Part shown: piece by piece, positions 16,313-25,770 of the stretch
Layout of the letters: each line of letters begins with the position of its first letter
Position numbering within the stretch: the stretch's first letter is position 1
From: a virus
Lineage: Duplodnaviria > Caudoviricetes
IMG/VR virus record: IMGVR_UViG_3300042372_000291
Coordinates: 43,732-107,731 of that record
Direction: 5' to 3' (one strand)
DNA: 64,000 nucleotides
Position numbers and translations under genes: made by a program
The notes under the pieces: model-generated
The model's database searches: none
Told to the model about the DNA's origin: nothing
What the model saw: the letters and a program-made list of their open reading frames with translations, nothing else

Positions 16313-17017
16313 ATGTCAAAAAAAATTATTTTTAAAGCAATGGATGAAGAAGGTTTTAATATTCAGGATAGACCATATCCAGCATCCAAAGCTATTCCAG
16401 AATGGTGGAAAAATCATAGCATATATGATAATGGCTCAAACAAGCTTGAATTGATTAACAGAACTCCAAACTTTTCTTTTAAAAAATGTACTCCAATGCT
16501 AGATGCATTAACGTCTGGCTATATAATACCCTTACACGCAGATGTATTAGTTTCAAGACAAGAAGACAGAGTTTTTCTATCTTGGAAAACAGAAAAAGAT
16601 ATTTTTCAACTACATGGTCAATCATCACATAATGTAGAAGCACCACCTGGATATAGTAATTTAGTTTTTAAATATTTAAATACTTGGATTCCAATTACTC
16701 CAAAGGGTTATTCTGTATTAATTACAAGTCCATTTGGATATAGAAATTTGCCAATGATGGCTATACCAGCTATAATTGACTCAGATAGATCTTTATTAGA
16801 CATGGCAAACCCTATGTGGATTAAAGATGATTTTGAAGGCATTATAGAGAAAGGAACTCCATTGATACAAGTTACTCCATTTAAAAGAGATGATTGGGAA
16901 GCCTCTTTTGAGCACTTTAAAAAAGATGAATGGAAAACTCATACTGAAAAGAACTTTTCAGCAAACATAGTAGGACACTATATTAAGAATATTTGGTCAA
17001 AAAAAAACTATAAGTAG
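16313..17017 (+). CDS. dUTPase-like fold paralog 1 (DUF6065-like)
   Basis: P.WWK, C..GY.IP, TPKGYS, IIDSD, KGTPL.Q..PFKR. Confidence 0.7.
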   Translation: MSKKIIFKAMDEEGFNIQDRPYPASKAIPEWWKNHSIYDNGSNKLELINRTPNFSFKKCTPMLDALTSGYIIPLHADVLVSRQEDRVFLSWKTEKDIFQLHGQSSHNVEAPPGYSNLVFKYLNTWIPITPKGYSVLITSPFGYRNLPMMAIPAIIDSDRSLLDMANPMWIKDDFEGIIEKGTPLIQVTPFKRDDWEASFEHFKKDEWKTHTEKNFSANIVGHYIKNIWSKKNYK

Positions 17018-17196
17018 GGGTAAAAATGAAAACAATTAAGTATATCTTCAAACACCTTAAAATGTTTTTAAAGCAAAAAAGATGTAGTCATGAAAGTGTT
17101 GATATGTCATCATGTCCATTTACTGGAATGACATATAAAACATGCAATGCCTGCTGGAAAAGAATCTCTGCTACAAAAACAAACGATTAAGAACTT

Positions 17197-17273
17197 GCAG
17201 CAATAGCTCAGTTGGTTAGAGCCCCCGACTCATAATCGGGTCGTCGTAGGTTCAAGTCCTACTTGCTGCACCA
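17197..17273 (+). tRNA. tRNA with CAT anticodon (probably Ile2, otherwise Met)
   Basis: Cloverleaf; CCCGA-CTCATAA-TCGGG; encoded CCA. Confidence 0.9.
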
Positions 17274-17274
17274 A

Positions 17275-17345
17275 GGGATTGAAGCATTAAAGTGATGCTC
17301 AGGACTTTTAATCCTGAGAAGAAGGAGCATTACCTTCCAGTCCTA
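17275..17345 (+). tRNA. tRNA-Lys(TTT), atypical T-loop
   Basis: All four stems pair; loop CTTTTAA; T-loop AGCATTA. Confidence 0.7.
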
Positions 17346-17346
17346 C

Positions 17347-17420
17347 GCATCTGTAACTCAGTTGGTTAGAGTACCTGCCTTATATGCAGAGAGCCGTAGG
17401 TTCAAGTCCTACCAGATGTA
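17347..17420 (+). tRNA. tRNA-Ile(TAT)
   Basis: Cloverleaf; anticodon loop CTTATAT. Confidence 0.85.
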
Positions 17421-17424
17421 CGAT

Positions 17425-17496
17425 ACCTCTGTAACTCAGCGGAAGAGTAACGGACTTCTAATCCGTAAGTCGTAGGTTCGATCCCTACCAGGGGTG
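17425..17496 (+). tRNA. tRNA-Arg(TCT)
   Basis: ACGGA-CTTCTAA-TCCGT. Confidence 0.9.
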
Positions 17497-17517
17497 CTAC
17501 AATTAATATTCATTTTA

Positions 17518-17591
17518 GGTCTGTTAGCTCAGTTGGTTAGAGCGCTACCCTGTCACGGTAGAGGTCGTGGGTTCAAGTCCCATACAGATCG
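17518..17591 (+). tRNA. tRNA-Asp(GTC)
   Basis: CTACC-CTGTCAC-GGTAG. Confidence 0.92.
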
Positions 17592-17596
17592 CATAA

Positions 17597-17671
17597 GGCA
17601 CTATCGTCTATCGGTTAGGACATCGCCCTTTCACGGCGGAAAGACGGGTTCGATTCCCGTTAGTGCTGCCA
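17597..17671 (+). tRNA. tRNA-Glu(TTC)
   Basis: TCGCC-CTTTCAC-GGCGG; encoded CCA. Confidence 0.92.
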
Positions 17672-17839
17672 ATGATATAATAAATAAATGTCAATAGAAG
17701 AAGATATTAAAAACGTTTTATTTCAAATTGGTAAAGACATTAAAATACATAAAATAGACTCTCAAAATTCAATCATTGAAATAGACTATGATAAATACGT
17801 TAATGCTATAATTGATCTTATAAACAAAAAGGGGTAATC

Positions 17840-18781
17840 TTGGCAAAAATAGTTTTTCTTGGTAATTTTCGTGTTGACTATACTAGTGAAACGCATCATG
17901 CAAATACCCTGGAGTCTCTGGGTCATAAGGTAATAAGGCTTCAAGAATCTGAAGCAAAAAGTGAAGAAATTTTAAAATATTCAATAGATTCAGACTTGTT
18001 TATTTGGGTTCATACACATGGCTGGAAAACTCCTGGAAAATTTGAAATGGACAAGGTTTTATTGACACTTTCCGATTATAAAATACCCACAATAACATAT
18101 CATTTAGATTTATGGTTTGGTTTACAAAGACAAAAAGATTTAAATAAGCATCCAGTTTATAAAAATATAGGTCATTTTTTTACTGTTGACAAAAAGATGG
18201 CAGATTGGTTTAATTCTAAAACAAATGTACAGGGTCATTACGTACCTGCTGGTGTTTATGATAAAGAATGTTACCTGAAAGATTTTCCTAAAACACATGA
18301 TGTTATTTTTGTTGGAAGTAAAAGATATCACCCTGAGTGGGAATATAGACCTAAGTTGATTGATTGGTTAGAAGAAACATATTCAAATAAATTTGAGCAT
18401 TATGGAAGCGGTGGAAAGCCATCAATTCGTGGAGCACAACTGAATAAGCTGTATGCAACATCAAAAATAGTTGTTGGTGATACTCTTTGTATAGGCTTTA
18501 AATACCCAGACTACTGGTCTGATCGGGTATATGAAACTATGGGTCGTGGTGGTTTTATTATTCATCCATATGTAAGAGGTATGGAAAGAGAATTTGAAGA
18601 TAAAAAACATTTAGTGTTTTATGAATACGGAAACTTTGTTCAATTAAAAGAATTAATAGATTATTACTTAGAGCATGACGAAGAGCGTGAAGAAATTAGA
18701 AGAGCAGGGCACGAATTGGTTAAGTCTAACTATACCTATAAAAATAGATGGCAACAGATACTCAAGGAATTGAATATATGA
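17840..18781 (+). CDS. Glycosyltransferase (CgeB / Glyco_trans_1_2-like)
   Basis: DVIFVGS, SDRVYE..G.G.F, IRRAGHELV...TY..R. Confidence 0.8.
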   Translation: MAKIVFLGNFRVDYTSETHHANTLESLGHKVIRLQESEAKSEEILKYSIDSDLFIWVHTHGWKTPGKFEMDKVLLTLSDYKIPTITYHLDLWFGLQRQKDLNKHPVYKNIGHFFTVDKKMADWFNSKTNVQGHYVPAGVYDKECYLKDFPKTHDVIFVGSKRYHPEWEYRPKLIDWLEETYSNKFEHYGSGGKPSIRGAQLNKLYATSKIVVGDTLCIGFKYPDYWSDRVYETMGRGGFIIHPYVRGMEREFEDKKHLVFYEYGNFVQLKELIDYYLEHDEEREEIRRAGHELVKSNYTYKNRWQQILKELNI

Positions 18782-19434
18782 TTTACACAGTCCCAGAAAC
18801 CAGCACTGTAATTTTTGATGTTAGAGAAAACTACCTAACAGATCAAATTGTAATTAGAGAGATTTGGGAAGAAGATGTTTATGAGGTAAAAAATACACGA
18901 TTTAATAATGGTGGGGTTGTAATTGATATTGGTGCAAATATTGGGGCATTCTCTCTATATGCTTCATATCATGGAGCAATTGTGTATGCAATTGAACCTG
19001 AGCCACATAATCTAGAGGCATTAAAGAAGAATATTGAACTTAATAACAAAGAAGATAGTGTTTATGTATGTCCATATGCAATAAGTGATTATAAAGGAAC
19101 AGCAGTTATATCAGATGAAGGTGGCGGAGCAACAATCGTAGATGATGGTATCTTTGGTGCAGAGGTAGAGGTAATGCCATTAGATATGTTTTTTGATCTA
19201 TATCACATAAAAGAAGTTGATGTTTTAAAGATAGATGTTGAAGGTGCAGAGCCAGAAATAATTCTTGGCGCTTCAAAAGAAACCCTGCAAAAATGTAAAT
19301 ATATTACTATGGAGTTTGATATTCGCACTGGAAATAGGCTTGGGGAAATGACACAAAAACTTTCCGAGACACATCATGTTAGAACTATGGGCTCTTGGGA
19401 ACGTGGAGGAATGGTTTGGGCATGGCTTTACTAG
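18778..19434 (+). CDS. FkbM-family methyltransferase
   Basis: VIDIGANIG, AIEP, LKIDVEGAE. Confidence 0.88.
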   Translation: MIYTVPETSTVIFDVRENYLTDQIVIREIWEEDVYEVKNTRFNNGGVVIDIGANIGAFSLYASYHGAIVYAIEPEPHNLEALKKNIELNNKEDSVYVCPYAISDYKGTAVISDEGGGATIVDDGIFGAEVEVMPLDMFFDLYHIKEVDVLKIDVEGAEPEIILGASKETLQKCKYITMEFDIRTGNRLGEMTQKLSETHHVRTMGSWERGGMVWAWLY

Positions 19435-20117
19435 AGACAGATTATATAATTTGCATACCAGTATATAAAGTAACAGAGCGTGTATATAAATGCATGGAAT
19501 CTATAAAAGATAAAAATGTTTTACTTATAGACAATAGTGGAAACAGAGAGTGTGAAATATTTGAAAAGAAGTATGGATTTCAAGTAGAGTATCAATCAGA
19601 AAATATTGGCTTAGCAAGAGCATGGAACATAGGATTAAAAAAGAATCATGAATGGACATTTGTTGTTTCATCTTCAATGCTATTCAATAAGCCTTTTTCT
19701 CATATCGTTGATATGCTTGATGACTTTAAGGGCTTAATGTTTAGAACACAGCACGGTTGGCATCTTTGTGCAATAAATAAAAAGTTAGTTTTAGAAATTG
19801 GATATTTTGATGAAAATTTTTATCCATATAATTTTGATGATTGTGACTGGGATCAAAGAACAAGAGTATTAAAAATAGCAGAGTATGGAAACCACGAAGT
19901 TGATGTAACATGTCAGATAGACGGCGCTGCAACAATAGACGGACTAAGAATTAAAATTGAACCGCTTCATGATTACTTTAAGGCTAAGTGGGGTGGAGAT
20001 AGAACAAGGGAAGGTTTTGGCGAGTATAAATATCCATTTAACGATCCAACAAAGTCTTTAGACTATTGGGAAGTAAATGATATAGCAACACTAAAGAAAC
20101 GGTATGGGCTAAAATAA
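19422..20117 (+). CDS. GT2-family glycosyltransferase
   Basis: LIDNS, NIGLARAWNIG, GYFDENFY...DD.D. Confidence 0.8.
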   Translation: MALLETDYIICIPVYKVTERVYKCMESIKDKNVLLIDNSGNRECEIFEKKYGFQVEYQSENIGLARAWNIGLKKNHEWTFVVSSSMLFNKPFSHIVDMLDDFKGLMFRTQHGWHLCAINKKLVLEIGYFDENFYPYNFDDCDWDQRTRVLKIAEYGNHEVDVTCQIDGAATIDGLRIKIEPLHDYFKAKWGGDRTREGFGEYKYPFNDPTKSLDYWEVNDIATLKKRYGLK

Positions 20118-20782
20118 TGAGAACAATAGGGGTTTTACCAGCATCTGGAAAAGCATCTAGAATTGGTGGCATACCAAAGTTTTGTTTGCCAATTTCAGAT
20201 GAAAGATCTTTACTTCAATGGCATGTAGAGCAGATGCTAGAAGTGTGTGATGAAGTTCGTGTATCAACTAGGGCTGAGTGGGTTCCTATTATACAAAATA
20301 TGGACATGAATATCAAGTTAATTGTTCGTGAACCAACAACCATGTCTGATGCAGTTAAGTTTATGATTGGTGACTATAATGATACTGTTCTTGTTGGAAT
20401 GCCAGATACTTATATATTAAATGCACCAGTAAATATTTATAAAGAAATGATGAAAGAAACAAATGCTGATTTGGTTTTAGGTGTTTGGGAATGTGGTGAT
20501 GATTTAAAGGGTCGTGTTGGACAGGTACTTTTGTCTGGCGACAAGGTAATTGCTTCTGAAGATAAAACAGAAAGTTGTGATTACCCAGATATGTGGGGGA
20601 CCATGATGTTTAGAAAGAATATGATCAGATATATAGATCCATCATTAGAGCACCCTGGAAAACAATTAAAAGAGTGGCTACTAGAAAGCTCTAACATAAG
20701 AGCAGTAAGACCTGGTGGAAAATATATGGATATTGGAACACTAAAAGGATTAAAACAGTTATACAAAGAAATGGACCTATGA
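20117..20782 (+). CDS. Sugar-phosphate nucleotidyltransferase (RmlA-like)
   Basis: LPASGKASRI...PKF.LP; YMDIGT. Confidence 0.8.
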   Translation: MRTIGVLPASGKASRIGGIPKFCLPISDERSLLQWHVEQMLEVCDEVRVSTRAEWVPIIQNMDMNIKLIVREPTTMSDAVKFMIGDYNDTVLVGMPDTYILNAPVNIYKEMMKETNADLVLGVWECGDDLKGRVGQVLLSGDKVIASEDKTESCDYPDMWGTMMFRKNMIRYIDPSLEHPGKQLKEWLLESSNIRAVRPGGKYMDIGTLKGLKQLYKEMDL

Positions 20783-21810
20783 GACTAGGAATTATTGCAA
20801 GATCAGACAATACTGGTCTTGGTAATCAAACTAAAGAGTTAACTAATATGCTACAACCTGCAAAGGTTATGCTAATTAACTCTACTTCATTTAATAAAAA
20901 TAAACAACATCCTGAATGGTATGAAAAATATGATTGCCAACATATTCGTGGATTTCCAAAACCAAGTGATATAAATATATTTCTTCGTGGGCTAGATGCT
21001 GTACTATCTTGTGAAACATTTTATAATAAAGATTTTATATTTTTAGCCAGAAAAAGAAATGTTAAGACTATTCTTCAATATAACTATGAGTTTTTAGATA
21101 ACCTTCAAAGACCAGAGCTAGACCTTCCAGATGTCCTTCTAGCACCCAGTTTATGGGGTTTTGAAGCTATTACAGAGGCTTTTGGAGCTAAGTCTAATGT
21201 TATTCACCTTCCCCCTCCAACTACGCATGAAGGCTTCTCTAAGGTAAAGGCTAATAACTTAAGTAAAGACTATAAAAGATTATTACATGTTGGCGGAAAA
21301 GCAGCACATTTGGATCGCAATGGAACAAATACAATAGTTGAAATGCTTAAATATTCTAAAACAGATTATGAAATTGTTATAAAATCTCAGTCTGATCTTG
21401 ATATAAATATTAATGATAGTCGTTTATCTATTGACACTTCAAGTCCAGAAAATAGGGAAGATTTGTATTCTGGCTTTGATGGTATGGTCTTGCCAAGACG
21501 GTATGCTGGGTTATGTCTTCCAATGAATGAAGCTTTGTTGTCTGGACTACCAGTTTTTATGACAGACATATCTCCAAATAATACTATTTTGCCAAAAGAA
21601 TGGTTAGTTAAATCTAATAAGATAGATCAATTTAGAGCAAGAACACTGATTGATGTTTATGAAGCTAATCCAAAAATGCTTGCTAAATTAGTTGATGAAT
21701 ATATTGGTAGTTCAGATAAAACAAAACAAAAACAAAAAGCATTTGACATTGGTTACAATAATTTTTCTGTTGATGTTTTAAAAAATAAATATATTGATAT
21801 ATTAAAATAG
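20779..21810 (+). CDS. GT-B (GT4-like) glycosyltransferase
   Basis: GLCLPMNEALLSGLPV..TD. Confidence 0.8.
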   Translation: MRLGIIARSDNTGLGNQTKELTNMLQPAKVMLINSTSFNKNKQHPEWYEKYDCQHIRGFPKPSDINIFLRGLDAVLSCETFYNKDFIFLARKRNVKTILQYNYEFLDNLQRPELDLPDVLLAPSLWGFEAITEAFGAKSNVIHLPPPTTHEGFSKVKANNLSKDYKRLLHVGGKAAHLDRNGTNTIVEMLKYSKTDYEIVIKSQSDLDININDSRLSIDTSSPENREDLYSGFDGMVLPRRYAGLCLPMNEALLSGLPVFMTDISPNNTILPKEWLVKSNKIDQFRARTLIDVYEANPKMLAKLVDEYIGSSDKTKQKQKAFDIGYNNFSVDVLKNKYIDILK

Positions 21811-21835
21811 GGCGAGACCATTTCTGGCCCCGCCC
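21803..21835 (-). terminator. Intrinsic terminator at the convergence point
   Basis: Minus strand GGGCGGGGCCA-GAAA-TGGTCTCGCCC-TATTTT. Confidence 0.75.
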
Positions 21836-21852
21836 CATCTTGAGTAAATAAA

Positions 21853-22104
21853 TTACTCTTCAGACTTCTTCTTTGGTTTTGCAGCCTTTAAAGCTTTTTC
21901 AACCACTGAAGTTCCTGGCATACGACCAAATGCTGGATCGTTAGGATTAACTGCACGTGCTGCTACTGGAATAAGAGCACCAACAAGTGCTGCCCATAGA
22001 TCCTTTGGATCTGTTACTCCAGCTACATATAAAGCTGCTACTGCACCAACAATTGAACGACCATATGATGCGAGCATTGCCTTATGTTTATTGTTTAGTT
22101 CCAT
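21853..22104 (-). CDS. Holin-like membrane protein
   Basis: Two hydrophobic segments, NP.D..FGR, basic tail. Confidence 0.6.
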   Translation of the reverse strand: MELNNKHKAMLASYGRSIVGAVAALYVAGVTDPKDLWAALVGALIPVAARAVNPNDPAFGRMPGTSVVEKALKAAKPKKKSEE

Positions 22105-22114
22105 GTTTTTCCTC

Positions 22115-22273
22115 CTAGGATAGAACCTTAATTAGTATAGCGTAACCAGCCCATAGACCAATAATTCCTGCAACTCCTGCAAAAACTGGTGGTGCTGGAA
22201 CTGGTAATTTGAATGCAGCAAATACTACACCACATCCAAAACCTGTTATCGTTGATAGCAATATATCTTTCAT
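22115..22273 (-). CDS. XapX/DUF1427-like small membrane protein
   Basis: Manual translation: G...G.VF..FKLPVPAPPVFAGVAGIIGLW.GY. Confidence 0.75.
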   Translation of the reverse strand: MKDILLSTITGFGCGVVFAAFKLPVPAPPVFAGVAGIIGLWAGYAILIKVLS

Positions 22274-22987
22274 TTATACCCCCCTATAGAACTTAAAATA
22301 CTTGGTTTTTAAGTTTATATTATGTTTGTTTATTTTTTTTAAATCTTTTTCTGTAGCATCTCTTACCTCAATTAATGGTTTTTCTTTTTTAAATGGTATA
22401 AAATGTGCAATTGGAGTTCCTCTCTCAATAAATATTTCTTTTTTATCTGAATGAATTAAAAACTGTATATTCATTTCATTGTATTTATCAATTTGTCTAA
22501 CTCCAGGTACTATACTGAAATCTTCATTAAAATGAAAATATGTTGGTAATTGATACATTAAGTATTCTTGATCTGAAAAAACCATCCAAGGACATTTCAT
22601 TTTTAAAACCGCATAAGAATTTTTTCCAAAAAATTTATGTTGTGAATAATCTAAATACTGATTATTTGGATGCGTTCCCCATTCAAAAAGTGTGTTAGGA
22701 GTTCTCCATCTCCATTCTCCAGTTGATGAATCCACATAAATAACTGTATCTGTCCACATAGGCATTATGTATCCATTAGAAAAATAATCAGCAAAAGATG
22801 GACATATTTTTGCATTTCCAAAAAATGGTCCATTTTCTATATTTATGTTATTTTTTTCTGTTGGCATATTTTTCCACCAGTCTGGTATATATTTAGATAC
22901 TGGTTTTGGAACACAGCTTTCAATACTTTCTAATCCTGGAATAGTAGAAATGAAACTTATCTCTGGTTTATTTTTTTTGCTAATCAT
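22274..22987 (-). CDS. dUTPase-like fold paralog 2 (DUF6065-like)
   Basis: IPDWWK, CPSF.D...GYIMPMW.D, ERGTP. Confidence 0.7.
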   Translation of the reverse strand: MISKKNKPEISFISTIPGLESIESCVPKPVSKYIPDWWKNMPTEKNNINIENGPFFGNAKICPSFADYFSNGYIMPMWTDTVIYVDSSTGEWRWRTPNTLFEWGTHPNNQYLDYSQHKFFGKNSYAVLKMKCPWMVFSDQEYLMYQLPTYFHFNEDFSIVPGVRQIDKYNEMNIQFLIHSDKKEIFIERGTPIAHFIPFKKEKPLIEVRDATEKDLKKINKHNINLKTKYFKFYRGV

Positions 22988-23177
22988 TTTTTACGTCACT
23001 ATCTGGACTATCTAATGGTGTTGGTGCGGTACAAAAAGTTCCGCATTCGTGACACTCTATATCTAAATGATACATACCTATGGTATATGTTTCTGAATCA
23101 AATGCAACTAATGCTCTAAATAAAGTGCCACCACAATTTGGACACTCACATGTAGGAATTCCCCTAGCGTCTATCAC
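22980..23177 (-). CDS. Zn-ribbon protein
   Basis: CPNCG...CHECG. Confidence 0.7.
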   Translation of the reverse strand: MIDARGIPTCECPNCGGTLFRALVAFDSETYTIGMYHLDIECHECGTFCTAPTPLDSPDSDVKND

Positions 23178-23583
23178 TAGAATCCTCTGGAAGTAATTTT
23201 TTTAATTCTTTTAATTCTAAAGATATTTTTTTAAGGGCATTATCATGCGAAATAATCATTCCTTCTACAGCCTGCCCATATTTATCATAATACTCTATGT
23301 GTGGTTCAACTTCATTGATAAATTTTTCTAGTCCAGATTGAACACTATCTATATAGTCATATGCCCATTCTCTAGAATCAGACAAAAATTTTATAAAATT
23401 TTCTTTATGGATATCTTCTTCTTCTTTGGTTGGCATATCATCAACTAAAGATCTTAATATTTGATTTGCCTCATAAAGCTTTTGAAAACCACTAACAAGA
23501 TTTATTAATCTTTTTCTTATATTAAAATATAGAAGAAAAAAGACAAGAGATGTTGCTCCTAAAACAAAATAAATAATATCCAT
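23164..23583 (-). CDS. Membrane-anchored hypothetical protein
   Basis: N-terminal TM; FIKFLSDSREWAY. Confidence 0.7.
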   Translation of the reverse strand: MDIIYFVLGATSLVFFLLYFNIRKRLINLVSGFQKLYEANQILRSLVDDMPTKEEEDIHKENFIKFLSDSREWAYDYIDSVQSGLEKFINEVEPHIEYYDKYGQAVEGMIISHDNALKKISLELKELKKLLPEDSSDRR

Positions 23584-23622
23584 AAACACCTCTTTCAATA
23601 CTATTGTACTACTATTATGTAT

Positions 23623-24531
23623 CTAAGTCAAGCCATAGATTTTTTTGAAATCTACCCCAGCAAATTTTTCATATGCTTTTAAATGCCTATAATTGCCAGC
23701 ACCAAAAACTCCTTTTTCAGTTCCACATAAAATTAATTGTTGTCTTTCTTTTGATTTTTGTTCTATTTCTTTCCAAGAAAGCTTTCTTATATTTTTATCT
23801 TTCCATATCTTGCTATAGTTTGCACGATTATAAAAATGATATACAATGTTCTTTGATGGAGAATATATGTCCCATCCCCTAGTCCATGCTCTCATAGCAA
23901 AACAAATCTCTTCTCCAAAAAAACTAATATCTGGATCGTATGGAACTTCCTCTACAATATTGCCAGAGGTAAAAATAAAACCAGCAAGGACTGTTGACGA
24001 CTGCTCTGGATTTTCCCTTTCACTATTTATAAAATCTAATCTTTTAGCAGTCCACTCATTTCTTTTATTTAAAGATGGCTCTTGTCTAGTTGGATATGGT
24101 GGCTTAGTTTTATCATTTTTAATAAAATACATTTGTTTGTTTGGTTCTATATGAAACGGCGCTGGAAAATAAGATAAAATTACCTTGTCATTTTTAGCAA
24201 TTAACTTTGCTGAATTATGTTGATCAATACATTCTATATCCCAGTTTTTTTCAAATATGGTGTGTGAATCTATTTGTAAATAATAATCTTCCCCATCGTA
24301 CTGACTCATTGCAATTGATCTAGCATATCCAGCACCTTTTGCATCTCTTGGATGCATTTTAATTAATCGTAAATTTTTAACCCACGATAGGTCTGGAATA
24401 TCTTTTTCTAAATCTTGAATAACTACAGAAAAGAATAATCTATCTGGATTAAAGGCATTATCAATTGCAGATCTAATAGTTCTAGTTAATTCTGGATCTC
24501 TATAGCTAGCAATTGAAATAAATATTGTCAT
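23623..24531 (-). CDS. GlcNAc-transferase (GT60/Skp1-GlcNAcT-like)
   Basis: IFISIASYRDPEL, YYLQIDSH..F...WD, F.GEE....RAWT.G.D. Confidence 0.8.
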   Translation of the reverse strand: MTIFISIASYRDPELTRTIRSAIDNAFNPDRLFFSVVIQDLEKDIPDLSWVKNLRLIKMHPRDAKGAGYARSIAMSQYDGEDYYLQIDSHTIFEKNWDIECIDQHNSAKLIAKNDKVILSYFPAPFHIEPNKQMYFIKNDKTKPPYPTRQEPSLNKRNEWTAKRLDFINSERENPEQSSTVLAGFIFTSGNIVEEVPYDPDISFFGEEICFAMRAWTRGWDIYSPSKNIVYHFYNRANYSKIWKDKNIRKLSWKEIEQKSKERQQLILCGTEKGVFGAGNYRHLKAYEKFAGVDFKKIYGLT

Positions 24532-25229
24532 TATTTAAAACTTTTTTTCGCTCTCTTTGAAGAATAATAACCATAAACTTTAGTAAAAACTTTTTCAGAT
24601 TCATTATAAAATTTATTTTCACCTGGGTTTGTAAACTCTGATTCCCAAGACTCTCTTTTAAAAGGAATAACTTGTGCCATTGGCGTTCCCTTTTCAATTA
24701 CACCCTCAAAACCATCTTTAATAAAAAATGGACAGTTAATTGCTGTAGTCAATATATCTGTATCAACTATTCCAGGTATTGATCTTATGGGAAGGTTTTG
24801 ATACCCTACTGGATGAGTAAATAAGCATGACCATCCTGGAGGAGTTAAAATGTTCCATCCATGATAGTATTTGTATGCAGCCTTTCCAAATCCAGAAGGA
24901 ACTTCAAATGTACTTGATTGTTGAAGACTCCAAACATCTAAAACTCTTTCCTGTGTTGCCCATTTTATTACTGGTATGCCATTTTCTTGTATAACTAATA
25001 TGTCACACCACAATGGAATAATATATCCAGCTGTTATCATATCAATAGTTGGAGCACATTGTTTTACTGTAACATTTGCGTGTGGACCAAGATCAAGCTT
25101 TGTAGATGTAGAATATTTTGGTATTTCTTTCCACCAGTCTGGAACCATTTTTGCTGCAGGGACTGGTTTTTCTCTTACATTAAATACATGATCAGATTGT
25201 GCTTCAAATATAATTTTATTAGTTTTCAT
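24531..25229 (-). CDS. dUTPase-like fold paralog 3 (DUF6065-like)
   Basis: PDWWK, TVKQC, TPPGWS, PGIVDTD, KGTPMAQVIPFKR. Confidence 0.7.
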   Translation of the reverse strand: MKTNKIIFEAQSDHVFNVREKPVPAAKMVPDWWKEIPKYSTSTKLDLGPHANVTVKQCAPTIDMITAGYIIPLWCDILVIQENGIPVIKWATQERVLDVWSLQQSSTFEVPSGFGKAAYKYYHGWNILTPPGWSCLFTHPVGYQNLPIRSIPGIVDTDILTTAINCPFFIKDGFEGVIEKGTPMAQVIPFKRESWESEFTNPGENKFYNESEKVFTKVYGYYSSKRAKKSFK

Positions 25230-25711
25230 TTATTTCTTTCTTCGTGAGTAACCCAGTAATAGTTACATCCAACGCAGCAGGGTTTATTATAAATGCTATG
25301 TTTTGCATAAGCAAAATGTGCATAGTGTATAGGATCTTTTTCAAATAAACGAGCTTTATGAGTAGTTGTAATACGCATCATTTTACTTTTATCTGAAAAC
25401 CATTTTGGCATATCTGTTCCCCATGTACCACTATAGCTTAATTCTAATTCTTGTATATTTGAATTATTTTTATCTGTTTTTATACCACGATTGTTAGCTT
25501 CATTAATCATTATATTTGCGTATGTTCTAAGAGAATACTCATACCCTTTCCACATAAGGACTGCTGGATGATTCCTCCATCCTCCAGTTGGAGATGCATT
25601 AGACAGCACTTTTAAAATTTGATACGCCTCAAGTATTTGCTTATTTAATCTTTTAGAATCAAGAACTTGTGCAGACTCATAAATGTTGCTATGTGGAAAA
25701 AATGTTTGAAT
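25226..25711 (-). CDS. Pyrimidine-dimer DNA glycosylase family (MSMEG_6728-like), probable ATT start
   Basis: xQTFFP...LDSKRLNKQILEAYQI...WRNHPAVLMW. Confidence 0.75.
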   Translation of the reverse strand: MQTFFPHSNIYESAQVLDSKRLNKQILEAYQILKVLSNASPTGGWRNHPAVLMWKGYEYSLRTYANIMINEANNRGIKTDKNNSNIQELELSYSGTWGTDMPKWFSDKSKMMRITTTHKARLFEKDPIHYAHFAYAKHSIYNKPCCVGCNYYWVTHEERNK

Positions 25712-25770
25712 GATATGCCCCCAATATTAGTTACACTACTATTATATCAAATATAGATAATAAGTCAAGA

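Noticed and set aside
17494-17697. ORFs overlapping tRNA clusters (also 34195..34404)
   Set aside because: The sequence is explained by tRNA cloverleaves
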